Assembly: GCA_951406725.2 (NCBI GenBank)
Contig: OX597814.1
Location: 78,864,001-78,928,000 of the forward strand
DNA from: Octopus vulgaris
Taxonomy: Eukaryota
DNA: 64,000 nucleotides
Direction of reading: 5' to 3'
The position numbers and the translations under genes were made by a program. Positions 25,713-40,667 of the stretch are shown here, in pieces (position 1 is the stretch's first letter; every line of letters begins with the position of its first letter). The notes below the pieces were generated by a model, which was not told the origin of the DNA, ran no database searches, and worked only from the letters and a program-made list of their open reading frames with translations.

Positions 25713-28219
25713 TACAATTATTCTTGATAGCTGTCAAATTACAAAACACCAACTCTACTCAAGGCACACAGGAAAAAAAAAATCAACTTCTACAATTCAT
25801 CTTCATTCACATAAATGCAATTCTTAACCCTCTTTAGTAGTAATTATGATGGATTCTATCAGATTTTATAGCTTTGGGAATGTAAAAATTAAACCCATCT
25901 GTTAATTAGAAAATTGTTATACTATCTTGTTACGATTGCTTACCAGCATTTACTATTTCAACGAAGGAAAACAAGCTATGCAATCCACTTTATTATACAT
26001 ACTGGTAGTAGTGTGACAAAAACAGAAGATCATCAGGATAATTGTTTTTCCACAGTCCTGTCTCTCTCTGATTTAAGCTCAAAACATGCATGAAATAACT
26101 TGGTTCTTTATACTTCTGGAAGAAAGAAACCAAGACAAATAAGCATCAGTCATGTGCTAAAGTTGATATATATATCCCTTCTTCCTTACAGATTTGTAGG
26201 TTTGTGTCAATAAAAGAGATTATTTTTAATTCTCTTGTAGTAATTTCCTCAAGCCACTGGGCTGTTCTACTTGGAATGTATTTCATCTAAATACTGACAC
26301 GCAATTTATTACTGACTGATTGTTCACTATGTCAGATGTTCTTGCATATCATATTTTACGTTTCTTGAAGTGGAGCTGCTTGCCATCTACTTCAAAATGC
26401 TAAGACATTTCTTGTTCTTTTCCCTTTCTCATATTCCCAGTGGTTCCACTGTCAACAGAGTGTTAAATTTTGACACTAGACTCTAATGGCTTTTTAACTC
26501 TATAGCTTTTTGACCCTTGTAATCAACACTACAAAAAAAGAAAGAAAAAAGATTCAATGATATTTGCTGGATATTTCGAATACTTTTTTCATTTTTTTAA
26601 ATGCCTTTTTTTAAAAATTTTTACTAAAAGGCATTTAAAAAATATAATTTTCTTCTCTCTCCTTTACTTATGTGAAACATTTGTTTGCAATAACCTTTCC
26701 CCCACCAGTAAGAAGCTGGAGATATATGAATGCATCTCGAGCATGGCCATCACTGAATGGCTGAAACCAGTAAAAGAACAATATAAAATAGATAAGAGAA
26801 ATTCTTTTTTAGAAATGGAAACATAAAAGAGAAAACAAGAAGAAGATTTAATAGTTCATGAGACAATGAGGGAGTTTATATGGATTGCATGACTTCCTAG
26901 AAGTAGAAGTCAAATCTCCCACAAATTATACCCTACCATCTTAGATAAAAAGAGGGATGCTATGGATAATGAATTCCTTGATATTCAATGTTCAAGAGAA
27001 GGATGGGATGAAAGGTCTTGGATGAAGCGCAGGTCTATTCTGTTAGGGACTAAACAATAACAACAAAGGAAACCTATGATACATAGAGCTAATTCATTTA
27101 TATTAGTGGTACTTAGACTGTTGTAGTTGAGTACCTTTCATAGAATAGTGTTAAACAATGCCCCTCATTTTCATCTTTTAATGTCCAGTGGCAGATAATT
27201 TTAACCAAACAGAAATTATGCTAATCCATGGATAACTTCTCTGGCCGGACAGTGCTACCAAAGATGTGTGCAGAATGACAAAACCATTCTGTATGCACCA
27301 GTGCAGTGTCCAAGTACTGCTATCTTGTGGAGTTATATCAAACAGCTGTTATTGTGTGTAGGATGAATCTATCACCACTTTTTAGATGAGGACTTATATA
27401 ATGTAACCATATGAGACCTTCTTTCATCATTTGTCTTGTTTCTGCTCACTGATAACACAATATCCCATTCATATATGAATCCCAAGAAAAAATAATTTGG
27501 AAAGGTGCAGGCAAAGCTCTGTGGTAAGAAGCTTCCCACCTATGTGGTTCTGGGTTCAGTCTTACTGCGTGGCACCTTGGGTAAATGTCTTCTGCTATAG
27601 TCTCAGGCTGATCAAAGCCTTGTGAGTGGATTTGGTAGATGGAAACCCATTACTAGATTTCTATATATAGCTAATATAGAACATCCACTGATTGCATTAC
27701 CCAAATGGAAGAGAGTAGTGAGAGCCCAATGACAATGCTTTCTTATTTAAAAGGTAGGCCAGTGATTCTGAGGGGTTGAAAAGGAATCAAGACCATCAAC
27801 TGTAGTAACTGATTGGTACTTTATTTTACCAACCTTGAAAGGATGAAAGGCAAAGTAGTTGACCAGGGTGAGATTTAAACCTAGAATGTAAAGAACATGA
27901 AGAAATGCTACAAAGCATTTTGTTTGACAATTCTGCTAGTGCATCACCCTAAAATAATAATAATATTGATGATGATGATGATGATAATCCTTTCTAGAAT
28001 AGGCCCAAGGCCTGAAATCCTGGGGAAGAGGGCTAATACATTACATTGACCCAGTATGAAGCTGGTACTGATTTTATTAACTCCAAAAGGATGAAAGGTA
28101 AAGTCAACCTTGACAGAATTTGAACTCAGAATGTAAAGACAGACGAAATGCTACTAAGTATTTTGTCTGCCATGCAAACAATTCCGCTGCTGTCACCGCC
28201 GCTGCCACCACCAACACTG

Positions 28220-28258
<39 letters not shown>

Positions 28259-29166
28259 ATAATAATAATAATAATAATCATTGTGCCATCAGCATATCCC
28301 TGTGATGCTATGTCATTGTCCTGGAAAGATGATGGTGGTGAGGACACTTTCTGCAAGGGAAACATCAGAGATAATATCCTTTGTAAAGAATGTTTGCAGA
28401 AAAGAAGTCTAGCATTTGCTGTTTTGTTCTATTAATCTTTTACTATTATACTGAGCAAGAACTAGATACTATTGTGCAAAGAACAAAAAAAAAAAACAAA
28501 AACAACAACCCACCCAGCAATTAACAACGTTGTGTTAATGACTTTATTGAATCTCTCAAGTATTTCTATATACTTATTGTCTAACTGGAGGAGAGTCGTA
28601 AATCATCTTAGTTTAATGCTGATATGAAAGAGGGAGGAAGAGAGATTGAGAGAAAGTGAGAAACAGACAAAGCAAGCGAGTGGTAGGGACAAGAGCATGT
28701 CTTTAGCTGAGAGATTTCATGAAGTGATTGCTCTTTAAGACACCAGCTTGGAAAGAACAACCATTTCTTTTTGCCATATGTTAAAAAAAAGACATTAAAG
28801 AAAAACAAAAATGTAAAACATACTAACACCAAATAAATTTAATGCTTATAGACATGAATGCATGCATACACACACACACACACACACATACACCATACTT
28901 ATATACACATACACACACGAACCATGATTACACATACACATTACATAAAGATGCATACATATACATGCTAATTCATAGACATATACACACATTTACAAAT
29001 GCATGTATGCACACAATTACCCCACCCTACACACACACACATGCACATATATATATACATCCTCATATATAAACATCTACAAAAATGTGCAAATACACAT
29101 ACATTTACAAAAATCTGTATATGCACAAACACACACAACCACACATTCAAATATAGACACATTTAA

Positions 29167-29204
<38 letters not shown>

Positions 29205-29688
29205 GCAAATACATATGTATATCAACAAATGCTTGTCTACATGTACTTTAATTCACACAAACATACACATGCAGACACATCTACAAACATATCAATGGAC
29301 ATACATACATACAATCATATAAAACATCCACCCACATGCCTATGAATACTTATGTCAAAATAAATACACATGGCTACAAATATATGTGTGCACATACACA
29401 CATACATACATAAATGCATGCATGCATACATACATACACACACACATACATACACACATACATACATACATACACATACATACATACATACATACATACA
29501 TATCCTTATTGTACACACATACACACATTGGGTAAGAAGAAAACAAAAGATTATCAGAAAGTGATTAGGCTAATGTGCTGACCACAGATGAGACTAAAAT
29601 TAAGATGAACTTTGGGAATAAGAGGCAAAGATTTCAAAGATGCTCTTTGGAAAAAAATCTATTGAAGATTCTCTTATCACCATTACTC

Positions 29689-29738
<50 letters not shown>

Positions 29739-30172
29739 CATTGTTATTGTAATCACCATCATCATCGTTATTGTAATCATCATCATTATTATTACTATTA
29801 TTATGGTAATCCTCATTATTATTATTATGCTTTGACATAAATAAACGAACAAGCTTCCTTATAAAGAAAAAAAAAATTTTTAACTGGGGTGATAAATGAC
29901 TTTCTAGATAGCTGCAAAAATGTAAACATGCTAGAATATTCAATAAATTTTTCAATATTAAGATGTAGTGTAAATGAAGAAAACTATAATCTCGCTCTTT
30001 CTCTCACACACTCACTTTCTTTCTCTCTTTCTCCACTTCAATCCAAAATCTCTGCACCACATCACACACGCACACACACACATTAGCAAGATAAAGGCTG
30101 CATATAATATATATCAATATTTATAAAAATATGGCAAGGCACAGAGAAATATGAAAGTGATAAACTGACCAA

Positions 30173-30231
30173 TCTCTCATTAATTTTCTCCATCAGGTGA
30201 AGCTGGCCTGATGAACAAAATTGATGAGAGA
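30173..30231. other. 59-nt imperfect hairpin in unique sequence
   Basis: TCTCTCATTAATTTT-CTC-CATCAGG-TGAAGCTGG-CCTGATG-AAC-AAAATTGATGAGAGA: 15-bp plus 7-bp stems, one G.U on the + strand. Confidence 0.7.
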
Positions 30232-31379
30232 ATGAATGAATGAATACATAAACTCAAGAGAATGGGGAGTTGCAGCTAGTAGAGCTGGATGTCAGGCCAA
30301 TGGCTGATGCAGAAAGGCTAGTTTGCATTTTGTTTGTGATGGGAAAGACATTACGCCTACATAGATAAGTCCAGTTCCCACTTCCACAGCATGAAGTGAG
30401 GGCACTTGGTAAATAATGAGTGTGCTATTAGCTTGAAAGCAAGTCAGAGCTGCATTGGAATACATAGCTGCTCAAGTAACACCCACATTGGGGTACCACT
30501 CATATGTAAGTGGATAATACTGTTAATGTGCACACAAACATCCTAAACTGCGTCCAAAGTGTATCTAGTTGACAGATTGACAAAGATACATTCACCAATA
30601 TAATATAACCATTAGGTTGTTGAAGTCTGTCTCTGATCTACCACTACTACAAAAGCCACTGTTCCTCTGGACACTCTCAAATTAGGCTCAATTCATTGAC
30701 CACTGTCATCTCTCATTTCATTCACTGTGTCTGACCTCACAACTCCATGCTAAACACAATGCCCAGTTTTACCTTCATAGAAATTGCTTCCTACTATTGT
30801 TTTCCTTTTTGTAAACATTTATGGCCATCAGTATTTGATTACATCCTCAGAACTTTAATACTAATCTTGAGAAAGTTGACTTCCAAAGGAGAATCAATCC
30901 ATCACAGAAATTCTGAGAAACAAAAATGAAATATTCTGCTTCTTATTTGTACAAACCGTTGTTGATATATCTGTTTTCCTCATAGAAATGTGAAAGCTGA
31001 TAATCAAACAATGGCATTGAGAGAAAACAATTTGGCCTCCAACTGGACTGTCTTGAAAAATTGTTAACCAATCTGATAGCAAGACGAATATTATTAACAA
31101 AGAACTGCTGGGAAAAGTTAATACAATATTTATCACTAACATTATTAAATGCATTACTGTAGTAATATGTTAGACAAATTGATGATGAATGATTCTTGAA
31201 TATATCTTTTCAGATAGGATATGAATACGAGAGTGACAAACCAATTGACCTCTGCAACAATACTGGATATAATCAGGACAATGAAAATGAAGATGAAATA
31301 GACAATTATCCCTTCAGCAGCAATATATTTAAGGGATAGACCTAATGGTACACATAACAACAGTGGATATTATCTAAAT

Positions 31380-31618
31380 CAGTAGTTCTCAACCAGGGTC
31401 TATATGACCCTTGGGGGTCCATATAAGATTTTGCTGCTAAAATTTATGTGCAATAAATTGGTTATACTTCCACAATACACAAAATATTTCAATTTTTTAA
31501 TACAATTCCTAATATTTGATTTTTAAAATAAAATTGGTATTTTTTTAGACTTCAAATAGATATAAGGGTCCAGATGAGTAAAATAAGAATCAAAGGTAAA
31601 AATGGCTGAGAACTACTG
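31380..31618. mobile_element. hAT (Charlie-like) MITE, copy 2
   Basis: TIRs CAGTAGTTCTCAACC / GGCTGAGAACTACTG; degenerate 8-bp TSD ATCTAAAT / ATCTAGAA (NTCTAGAN-type target). Confidence 0.85.
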
Positions 31619-31760
31619 ATCTAGAATATGAGCTAGTGACTCTTGTAACAGAATATTTGTTATGAAAAGTTCCGTTTATATGATATTTAAGTGAAATGAC
31701 GTTAAGTAAAAAAAGCAAAAGACCTTGCACAGCTTCATCCACTTTCTATCTTATAGACTT

Positions 31761-31822
<62 letters not shown>

Positions 31823-33603
31823 AGAGACAAACAAACCGACAGACAGGTTGTGAAGGATCTACTTTTATATTTAGGGAAGTGGTTTACAGTGTACATAATT
31901 TTAGCAACAGATTAAATTCAAATTTTGTGTCAAAATCTGATCAAAGTTAACTTTGACCTTCTTTCACTGAGGATCAATAAAATATTTTGCATTTCTACTT
32001 CATGCTAGTTGATTTGATTGACTGTTTCCTTTACCAGTAGGGAACAGATTTATCAAAAGACTTCAGTATCTACATTTAAAAATCAACAATCTACAAAGTA
32101 TGTTTGTCTAGAAGCATTTCTCAACATGAATTTTTCCAAAATTTTCATACATCTCCAAAATCAGCTCAAAATAATGCATGTAGAATCCCTCTCCCATCAA
32201 AGTCAGAAGCCCCTCCTGGGGTATAATAGGGAGGATTCAAGAAAAGAGATATTGAAAGACTGATTGATAGTTGCAATGGAGTGGTAGTAGAAGAGTGACA
32301 GCATGAGATACAGAAAAAGTTATTCGATGACATCAAATAGTATTTTCTTATTTTTCTCTCTTTCTGTTTTCTCTCTCACACAAAAAAAAAACACAAAGGA
32401 TTTTACATACAGCTTCAACATTGGAACACAGTAGTTGTTACATTTTCTCATTTAAAAATCACATTTTCAAAAGGTTCATTTGCAATTTCAAATACAATGG
32501 AATGTAGGAAATAATTTATTCTTTGTTTCACATTTAAATTTGTTTATTGTTTTAAGTATTCAGGTATTATGCTCTATGACTTCCACTGTTAATTTTTATA
32601 GTGTTTGAAATAAATAAATAAATGTGTGTGTGTGTGTATACAAATATAATTGCATACAAAATGAAATGCATAAAAAAACTTACTGAAAGTTAAGCCATGT
32701 AGTATAGCAAAAAAACCCCCAAAAAACACACAAATAAACAAAGAAAATTGTTTACACATATTTGGTAACCGAGCAACAAGGAGTACCTTAACTAGCTTAA
32801 CGTATTTGTAGAGAGCATTGCAGTGAGACAACAGCATTGTTTCAATTCCCACTTGGAACAATTTCACTTCACTTTCACAATTAACACATATGGGGAAGGT
32901 GGCATAAGTTCCCATTTGATTCTACTAAAAATTACAGAGATTGTGGCCACTAACACAAAAATAATAATAATAAAAAGTCATTATTAATTCTTGATAAGGT
33001 CAATTAATCATGCAATCAATAACTTTTAATCTCATGCTAGAGTGACAGGCAGAATATGTGTAATCAGAATTATACATCAGCTAGTGTTGTTTAGTGCTGT
33101 TAACTTCCACTTCAGATGCAGAAATCTGAGTTGTGACACTCATGCATTTTCCTTAAACATTAGTCCAACCGACTTAAGGTGTGGAGAGAATAAATAATAG
33201 TTGTGGTGCTCAGGTCTTTCCTAAAATGTATAAACATTTCTAAACTACATGAAACAGTAGAAACTAGGAAATTAAATTGGGTTGTCAACTTGTTATGTCA
33301 GGATTTTAGTCTCTTACTCTACATTATTTGCTGCTTGATGAAGTACATGTGTTGTGTTGCTAATGTTTTTTGGCTAGTGGCACTAGACTAATGGTAGTAG
33401 GCAATGTTCTGGAAGTTGTTTCCACACACTTTATTTTTATTTCATATTCTACTTTGTGCATGTGTGTCAGAGTGTATGATGAAGTGTATTTATTTTATAG
33501 CAAATGTTTTGTCTTAAATAGTAAGCAGTATGACCCAATATAACAATATGGTTTTCATGAGCCATTGTGAAAGCCTATACAAACACACAATCTATGAGGC
33601 TTA

Positions 33604-34202
33604 AAGGGAGTGCTGAAAAGTTCCTGGTTATGGGTAAAAGAAAATACAGGAAAATCATTTACTCTTTCACTTGTTTCAGTCATTTGCCTGTGGCCATGCT
33701 GGAGCACCGCCTTTAGTCGAGCAAATCGATCCCAGAACTTATTCTTTGTAAGCCTAGTACTTATTCTATCCGTCTCTTTTGCCGAACCGCTAAGTTACGG
33801 GGACATAAACACACCAGCATTGATTGTCAAGCGATGTTGGGGAGAAACAAATACAGACACACAAACATATATATATACATATATACGATGGGCTTCTTTC
33901 AGTTTCTATCTACCAAATTCACTCACAAGGCTTTGGTTGGCCTGAGGCTATAGTAGAAGACACTTACCCAAGGTGCCACGCAGTGGGACTGAACCCAGAA
34001 CCATGTGGTTCATAAGCAAGCTACTTACCACATAGCCACTCCTATGCCTATCATATTTAAGTATGATTTTATTAAAAGTACCCACTTCTCAGATTCACAC
34101 ACTTCAGTTTTTCTAAGTCTTGTAAAAGAACTCAGAAGTTTGGGCCAAAAACCAGGTCTTTTGTGATAACCTTAAAGCCCAAAACTTTTCAACACCCCCT
34201 TT
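33604..34202. mobile_element. Mariner-type MITE interrupted by a SINE A (33655-34052, minus)
   Basis: TIRs AAGGGAGTGCTGAAAAGTTCCTGG / CCCAAAACTTTTCAACACCCCCTT flanked by TA. Confidence 0.75.
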
Positions 34203-34774
34203 TATGTGCATGCATGTGTGTTTGTGGGTGTGCCAATACACAGACACGCACACACTTTTATATTTACATGCATATATGTGTACACATACACACACATGCA
34301 CACACACACATGAACAAATAATATAATTATACAATTAGCACAATGTTTGTTCAAGGTTCTGAACAAGTCACAACATTTTCATTGATTTAAATCTTGAACA
34401 TAACTCTGTTTTCCTTAGTATGAAAATAGATGTAAAAGCACATACCATGCATACCCTGTATAAAGAGATGGTAATTATTGCACTGAAGTTAGCAAGAGAA
34501 TAGATATTTTTTAGTTAACTTTTATGACCAACTTTGTGATATATTACAACAGTTCTTTTTGATATTTAAGATTATTTGAAGGGAAAGTTGGTAATGTGTT
34601 TATTGACTATTTGTTGGCCAGCTCTATTTCAGCAGACAATTGGCATGTTAGTAACTAATTCTGTGGACACTTCATTTTGCTACCTTAAATATTTCCTAGC
34701 TCACCAGTGATAGTAGGAGAATTTTTTCCAAGTCAGACTTGAAGAAATCAAATTCCAAAACATAAGTGTACATA

Positions 34775-35000
34775 TGTGACAGCGAGCTAGTGTGTTGTGA
34801 CAAAAGTTAGACATAAGAGGAATTAAATGCGGTGTGCAAGAGAGAAGACTGCACTGGTTTGGTCATGTGACCAGGAAGACATGGGATGAGATACTGAAGG
34901 GTGATCTCAGGACACTAAACCATATGGGAGAGATGACAAAGGATTGAGATATCTGACACACTGCTGTACTGAAGAAGACTTGTCTTCCAAAGCAGATGTG
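34775..35000 (+). mobile_element. RTE LINE 3' coding remnant
   Basis: Translates to KLDIRGIKCGVQERRLHWFGHV...RKTWDEILKGDLRTL. Similar remnants near 41200-41600(-) and 48470-48690(+). Confidence 0.7.
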
Positions 35001-36016
35001 TTAATGCCGCTTCCCCTGCTGAAGAGGATTGGTCTGCAAGAGCCCTGAGCCAGCATCATGTAAAAATCATCTGTGTCAGCATCAAGTAAAGGGCATCTGT
35101 ACTAGTTCTATATGATGGCTCCCATGCTGGCACTACATAAAAGGTACCCATGCAACTGCCATGTAAAAAGCACTGAGCACACATTGTAAAGTGGTTGGTT
35201 TTAGGTAGGGCATCCAACCATAGAAACCATGCCAAATCAGACTGGAACCTGGTGTAGCTCTCTGGCTTGCCAACTCTGGTCACACTGTCCAACCAATGCC
35301 AGCAAGGAAAACACATTAAAGGATTATGATGATGATGATGAAGTATATAAGTTTTACAGTTAATAATTCCACAAACCAAAAAAACAATTGGTCGTTTAAC
35401 AGACAAGGCACTGATCTCATACAGGACTGGATGGTCATTTAAAAAGCTTGGTGATCTTTAGCTAAAGTAAACTGAAGCACAGTTCAGTATATTTAGTAGG
35501 CACTAAGATAGTTGCATGGTAAAGTGTTTGCTTCCTAACCACATGGTTCTGGGCTCAGTTCTACTGTGTGGCACTTTGAGCTGGTCTCTTCAATAGCATC
35601 AGGCCAACCAAAGCTTTGTGAGTGGACTTGATAGATGGAACCTGAAAGAAGAACATCATGTGTGTGTGTGTGTGTGTGTGTGCATGTACATTTGTGCTTC
35701 CTTGTCTTGACATCAGCTGATAGTTGTAAGTAATTATCACCATCACACAAGTAGAGCCATTCAACAACAATATTCTGTAAAAAAATATGGGGAAATATTA
35801 TCTTGCTTGGAAGCAGGTAAGGATTGGTGATTGGAAGGGCATCTGGCTGTAGAAAATTTGCTTCAATAAACTCCATCCAACCCATGCATGTATGGAAAAA
35901 TAGATGTTAAAATGATAATGATGAGTATTACTCCTCTACAGGTCAAACAAACTTGGAGTTCAATACTTCATACATGTAGTCATATAACTAATCACTCCAT
36001 AATTGCCCACAGGCAT

Positions 36017-36081
36017 ATGGCGTAGTGGTTAAAAGCATGGGCTGCTAACCCCAAGATTCTGAGTTTGATTCCAGGCACTGA

Positions 36082-36135
<54 letters not shown>

Positions 36136-36202
36136 TGATGATGATGATGATGATGATGATAATAATATCAAAAAATACTTTAGGAATGAGAACCCAGGTT
36201 GA
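36017..36202 (+). mobile_element. tRNA-derived SINE family E with internal (AAT)n/(GAT)n
   Basis: A-box TGGCGTAGTGG, B-box GAGTTTGATTCC, followed by microsatellite and a non-tRNA tail. Confidence 0.65.
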
Positions 36203-36964
36203 AGGATGGAGGGTATATCAGCCAAAATTGTGTTATCTGTCAAAATGTAAATAATGTATATAATTAATCTGTTGAGTACCTATATCATTACATCAACATT
36301 TAACAACCATTTTCCATGCTGGTATGAGTTGGACAGCTTGACAGAAACTGCCAAAGCCAGGAGCTGCACCAGGTTCCTTAGTCTGTTTTGGCTTGGTTTC
36401 TACAGCTGGATGCCCTTCCTTATGCCAACCACTTAACAGAGTGTACCAGGTGCTTTTTACATGGCATCAGACCCACACCAATGCTTTTTACATGGCACCT
36501 TGGTTTTAGGATCTACCTTACAATCATTGTATCTGACTTAGATTATCAATCTGCTATTATGGATCTCAATAGGAGAACAACAGTCTTGATAAGACCTCAT
36601 TAAATCTCTACATGTTTTTGTGGTTGTTGCTTAACCCACAGATCAACCCTGATCAAGCAGACCTGTTATTTTGAGATATCTTTTATCATTTACTTCTTAC
36701 AGTCATTAGACTGTAGCCATGCTAGGACACCACCTTGAGGGGTTTTAGTCAAACAAATTGACCCTAAAGTCTTTTTTTAACCCCGGTACTTACTCTATTG
36801 GTCTCTTTTGTCGAACTGCTAAGTTATGGGGATGTAAGCACACTAGCACTGTGTGTCAAGTGGTGGTGGGGGTACAAGCATATACACAGATATATATATA
36901 TGTGTATATATATACATACACACACATACACATACACATATACGATGGGTTTCTTTCAGTTTCT

Positions 36965-37195
36965 TATTTCTTTATTGTCCACATGGTGCTAAACATAGAG
37001 GGGACAAACAAGGAAAGACAAAGGGATTAAGTCGATTACACTGACTCCAGTGTGTAACTGGTACTTAATTTATCGACCCTGAAGGGATGGACAGCAAAGT
37101 CGATCTCGGCGGAATTTGAACTCAGAACATAATGGCAGACGAAATATCGCTAAGCATTTCTCCTGGCGTGCTAATGTTTCTGCCAGCTCGCTACC
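36965..37195 (-). mobile_element. SINE B nested inside SINE A
   Basis: 15-bp TSD TTTCTTTCAGTTTCT at 36950-36964 and 37196-37210. Confidence 0.9.
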
Positions 37196-37923
37196 TTTCT
37201 TTCAGTTTCTGCCAACCAAATATACCCACAAAGCTTTGGTTAACCCAAGGCTATAGTAGAAGGCACTTGCCCAAAGTGCCTGAAGTGTGACTGAACCAGG
37301 AACCATGTGGTTGGGAAGCAAGCTTCTAACCATACAGCCATACCTGTGCCTATATGTTGAATTACACTATCCAATATGCCATTTCTTTATTGAAGATATG
37401 AAATATGTAATATGTGGGAAATTTAGCTGCTATTTCTAGACAGTTGAGTGACTATGCAGAAGCTTCCTGATCAAAATACTAAACTAAGTTATGTATATTG
37501 AATTTGATTAAATTTTCTAAGTCCAAACTCAGTTACTTCTAGCCTTTGCCAAAGTGTGAAATATTTGGTAATATAATTCTAAGATTTAAGAATAAAGGGT
37601 GTAGCTTTTGTTGTTTAACCCTGAGTCAGGTCTGGCCAAAGAGACCAAGGATCAAAAGTAATCACAACCTTGCTGACTTAAAAGACAGCAAGATTGTGAT
37701 TTGATGGAGATTTAGCTGTAATTTCTACAGACTTCTTTGTTGGCTCAGCGCAGGAGATATATTTGTTTAAAGGAACAATAAAGGTTCTGTTGCTAGGTGA
37801 CTGGGCCAGTTTATATATATGTTAGGAATAATAACTTAGCATGGAATTAATGGAAGTAACTTCAATAATTTATTTGATTTACTTCAATTCAGATACTGCT
37901 GCAATTGTTGTTGTTCAGCCTGA

Positions 37924-37958
<35 letters not shown>

Positions 37959-40121
37959 ACAACAACAACAACAATAATCACAATAATAATCACAATAATC
38001 ATGATGATGATGGTGGTAGTAGTAATAATAGTGGTGGTGGTGGTGGTGATGGTGGCACTGACAGTGGGTTAAGAACATTGATTGCACAAAATGTAATTCT
38101 TTTGTTCTGCAATACTAGGTTCAATGCTGTTGGAATTTTTCTAATTGTTAAACAATAGTTGATAGGAATTTTCAACACGTCCTCCACCACCAATCCCCAC
38201 CTCAACCCAACCCCCCACCAAACACCCTCTGCCACTGCTGTCCATTAAGTGTAAGATAGCAAGTTTCTAAGATAATGAAGTAATGCATGCATGTGTGTAT
38301 GTGCTTGTATATGTATGTATAAATGTGTGTGTGTTTATATGTACATATATATATATATGCACATATGTGTGTAATGACAGAAAAAGAGTGTTATAAATAC
38401 AGATATTTCACACATGGTTGGCTGTTCTCATAGATTACCCAATGCATAACTTTCCATCATCACCATTTGCTGCTCCCTCTCGAAATAAAGCATGAAGAAG
38501 ATTAAGCTATCAAACAAAAAGTTAGCGAATGAAAGAAATTTCTCGATAAATGAACCGTACAATCTATTGTGCAATAGATAATCTCATAACCATATCTCAA
38601 TACCCAAGATATCGCTTAAAAAAATAATTTAAATAAATAAATTAATTAACCCCCCCTCCAAAAAAAACACTCAAAATTATTGTTTGTATATATATGTGTG
38701 TATGTGCGTGCGTTGATATATATGTATTTTCAAATGCCAAAAATCCATGTAAAAATAACTTGACAATATACAAACAATAATAAGCCAAGTGGAAGCAATG
38801 AAGAGAATGGTAAATCTCCAAGATATTCATACATTCATACAGTGATATAGCAAAATGAATAGCATTCTCGCCACCACCAACACCAATGCCACCCCTGCTC
38901 TCCCTCACAACCCTCATCATAATGCTACATCCATCCACCCGCTACTTCCCCACCCACCAAAATGCTGCTGCCGCCAAATGCCTGCTTTACTCAATGCAAA
39001 CTGTACTGATGCTAATAACATGGACCGAGTTGAAGCTGAAAGCCGATAACTTGTCGGCAACACCGACTTGCAGATGTCAGTAACAGCAAGATTTATGGCT
39101 ATTAACAATTCCATCCACGAATTCGAGAATGTGCAGTGTGCAGACATTGTCTCTGTGGCAGTGTCTTTGATTGCTTCTGCTGAGAATAGAATAGAATAGT
39201 GTTCTCTGGATGAGATGACAGGAATGCAATGGTTGTGGTGATGGTGTTGGTGGTGGAAGTGAGAGAAAAGAGGATGAGGAAAAAATATTCAAAAATAAAA
39301 AAAAAGGAAAAAAAATTTTTTATATCTTTCAGAGGAAGAAGTAAAGAAAACAGAGGGATATTTGGGTGGAAGGGTGAGATGGAGAGTGAGTGAGTATTGG
39401 TCATATAGATAGACTGTATTGGTCGAACAGTAAGCCTTCCAACAATAATCTAAACAATATTAGCAGCAAAAATGAGCTGAGGGGAGCATCCTCAATGAGT
39501 ATTCCCCTGCTAGAAATAGCAACCTAACTCCCTTTAAGTCACACCTCGACATCCTAAACAAAAAGGAAAAGACACACTGGCTATTACACTAGAGATGAAA
39601 CAAATGATCAGATGGTCACAATTGGAATGCCATGGATCACAGGTCTGCTCAATGAGTGCTAATAACCTGTGGCTAAATAACAACAGGAAGAAAAAATAAC
39701 AACTGTAGAACTGTAATACAGTTGTCATGAAAATACATTACATCAAATTTATTTTGAAACCAGTAACACCACCACAATGATGATAATGGAGGCTAGTGTG
39801 AAGAAAACGTGATCTTGACAATGATGTCATCATCTTAATATTATTGAATTCTGAGGAGGTAAGCTGGCTGAATCGTTAGCACACTGGATGAAATGATCAA
39901 TAGCATTTTGCCTATCTTCACGCTCTGAGTTCAAATAATAATAATGGCTTTCAATTTTGGCACAAAGCCAACCATTTCGGGGGGAGGGCATAAGTTGATC
40001 ACATTGAACCCATCCACTGAAATGATGAAAAGCGAAGTCAATCTCGGCAGAATTTGAACTCAGAATATAAACACAGATGAAATGCTGCCAAGCATTTTGC
40101 CCACTGCCTCTTAATAAAAAC

Positions 40122-40205
<84 letters not shown>

Positions 40206-40450
40206 CCTTTCTACTAGAGGCACAAGGCCTGAAATTTGGGGGCAGGGAACTAGTCAATTACATTGACCCTGGTGTTTCACTGGTACTTAATTAAATTATT
40301 ATTGACCCCCAAAAGGATGAAAGGCAAAGTTGACCTTGGCAGAATTTGAACTTAGAATGTAGGGGCAGATGAAATACCACTAAGCTTTTCCCCTGGTGTG
40401 CTAATGATTCTGCCAGCTCACTGCCATAATAATAATAATAATAATAATAA

Positions 40451-40667
40451 TTAAAAAAATATTCAGACAAATATATAACAAAAACACCAGGACTTACAAA
40501 TACATATAACATACAGAAAATTGCACTACAAGGCACTGCACACATTCTACGCAGAACACTTTCCATACAATAACCATCAGAGCATCACAACAAATCACAG
40601 CACATACCCAAGGCACACAGAGCTGCGCTCGGTAGTGAAGTGAAAGCACGCTATAAAAATAAAACTA

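Noticed and set aside
27230-27340. Minus-strand LHKIAVLG... similar to a Dong/R4 C-terminus
   Set aside because: Too short and degenerate to call.
36017-36085. tRNA-like sequence
   Set aside because: Acceptor stem does not close and it runs into a microsatellite and SINE tail; it is a SINE head, not a tRNA gene.
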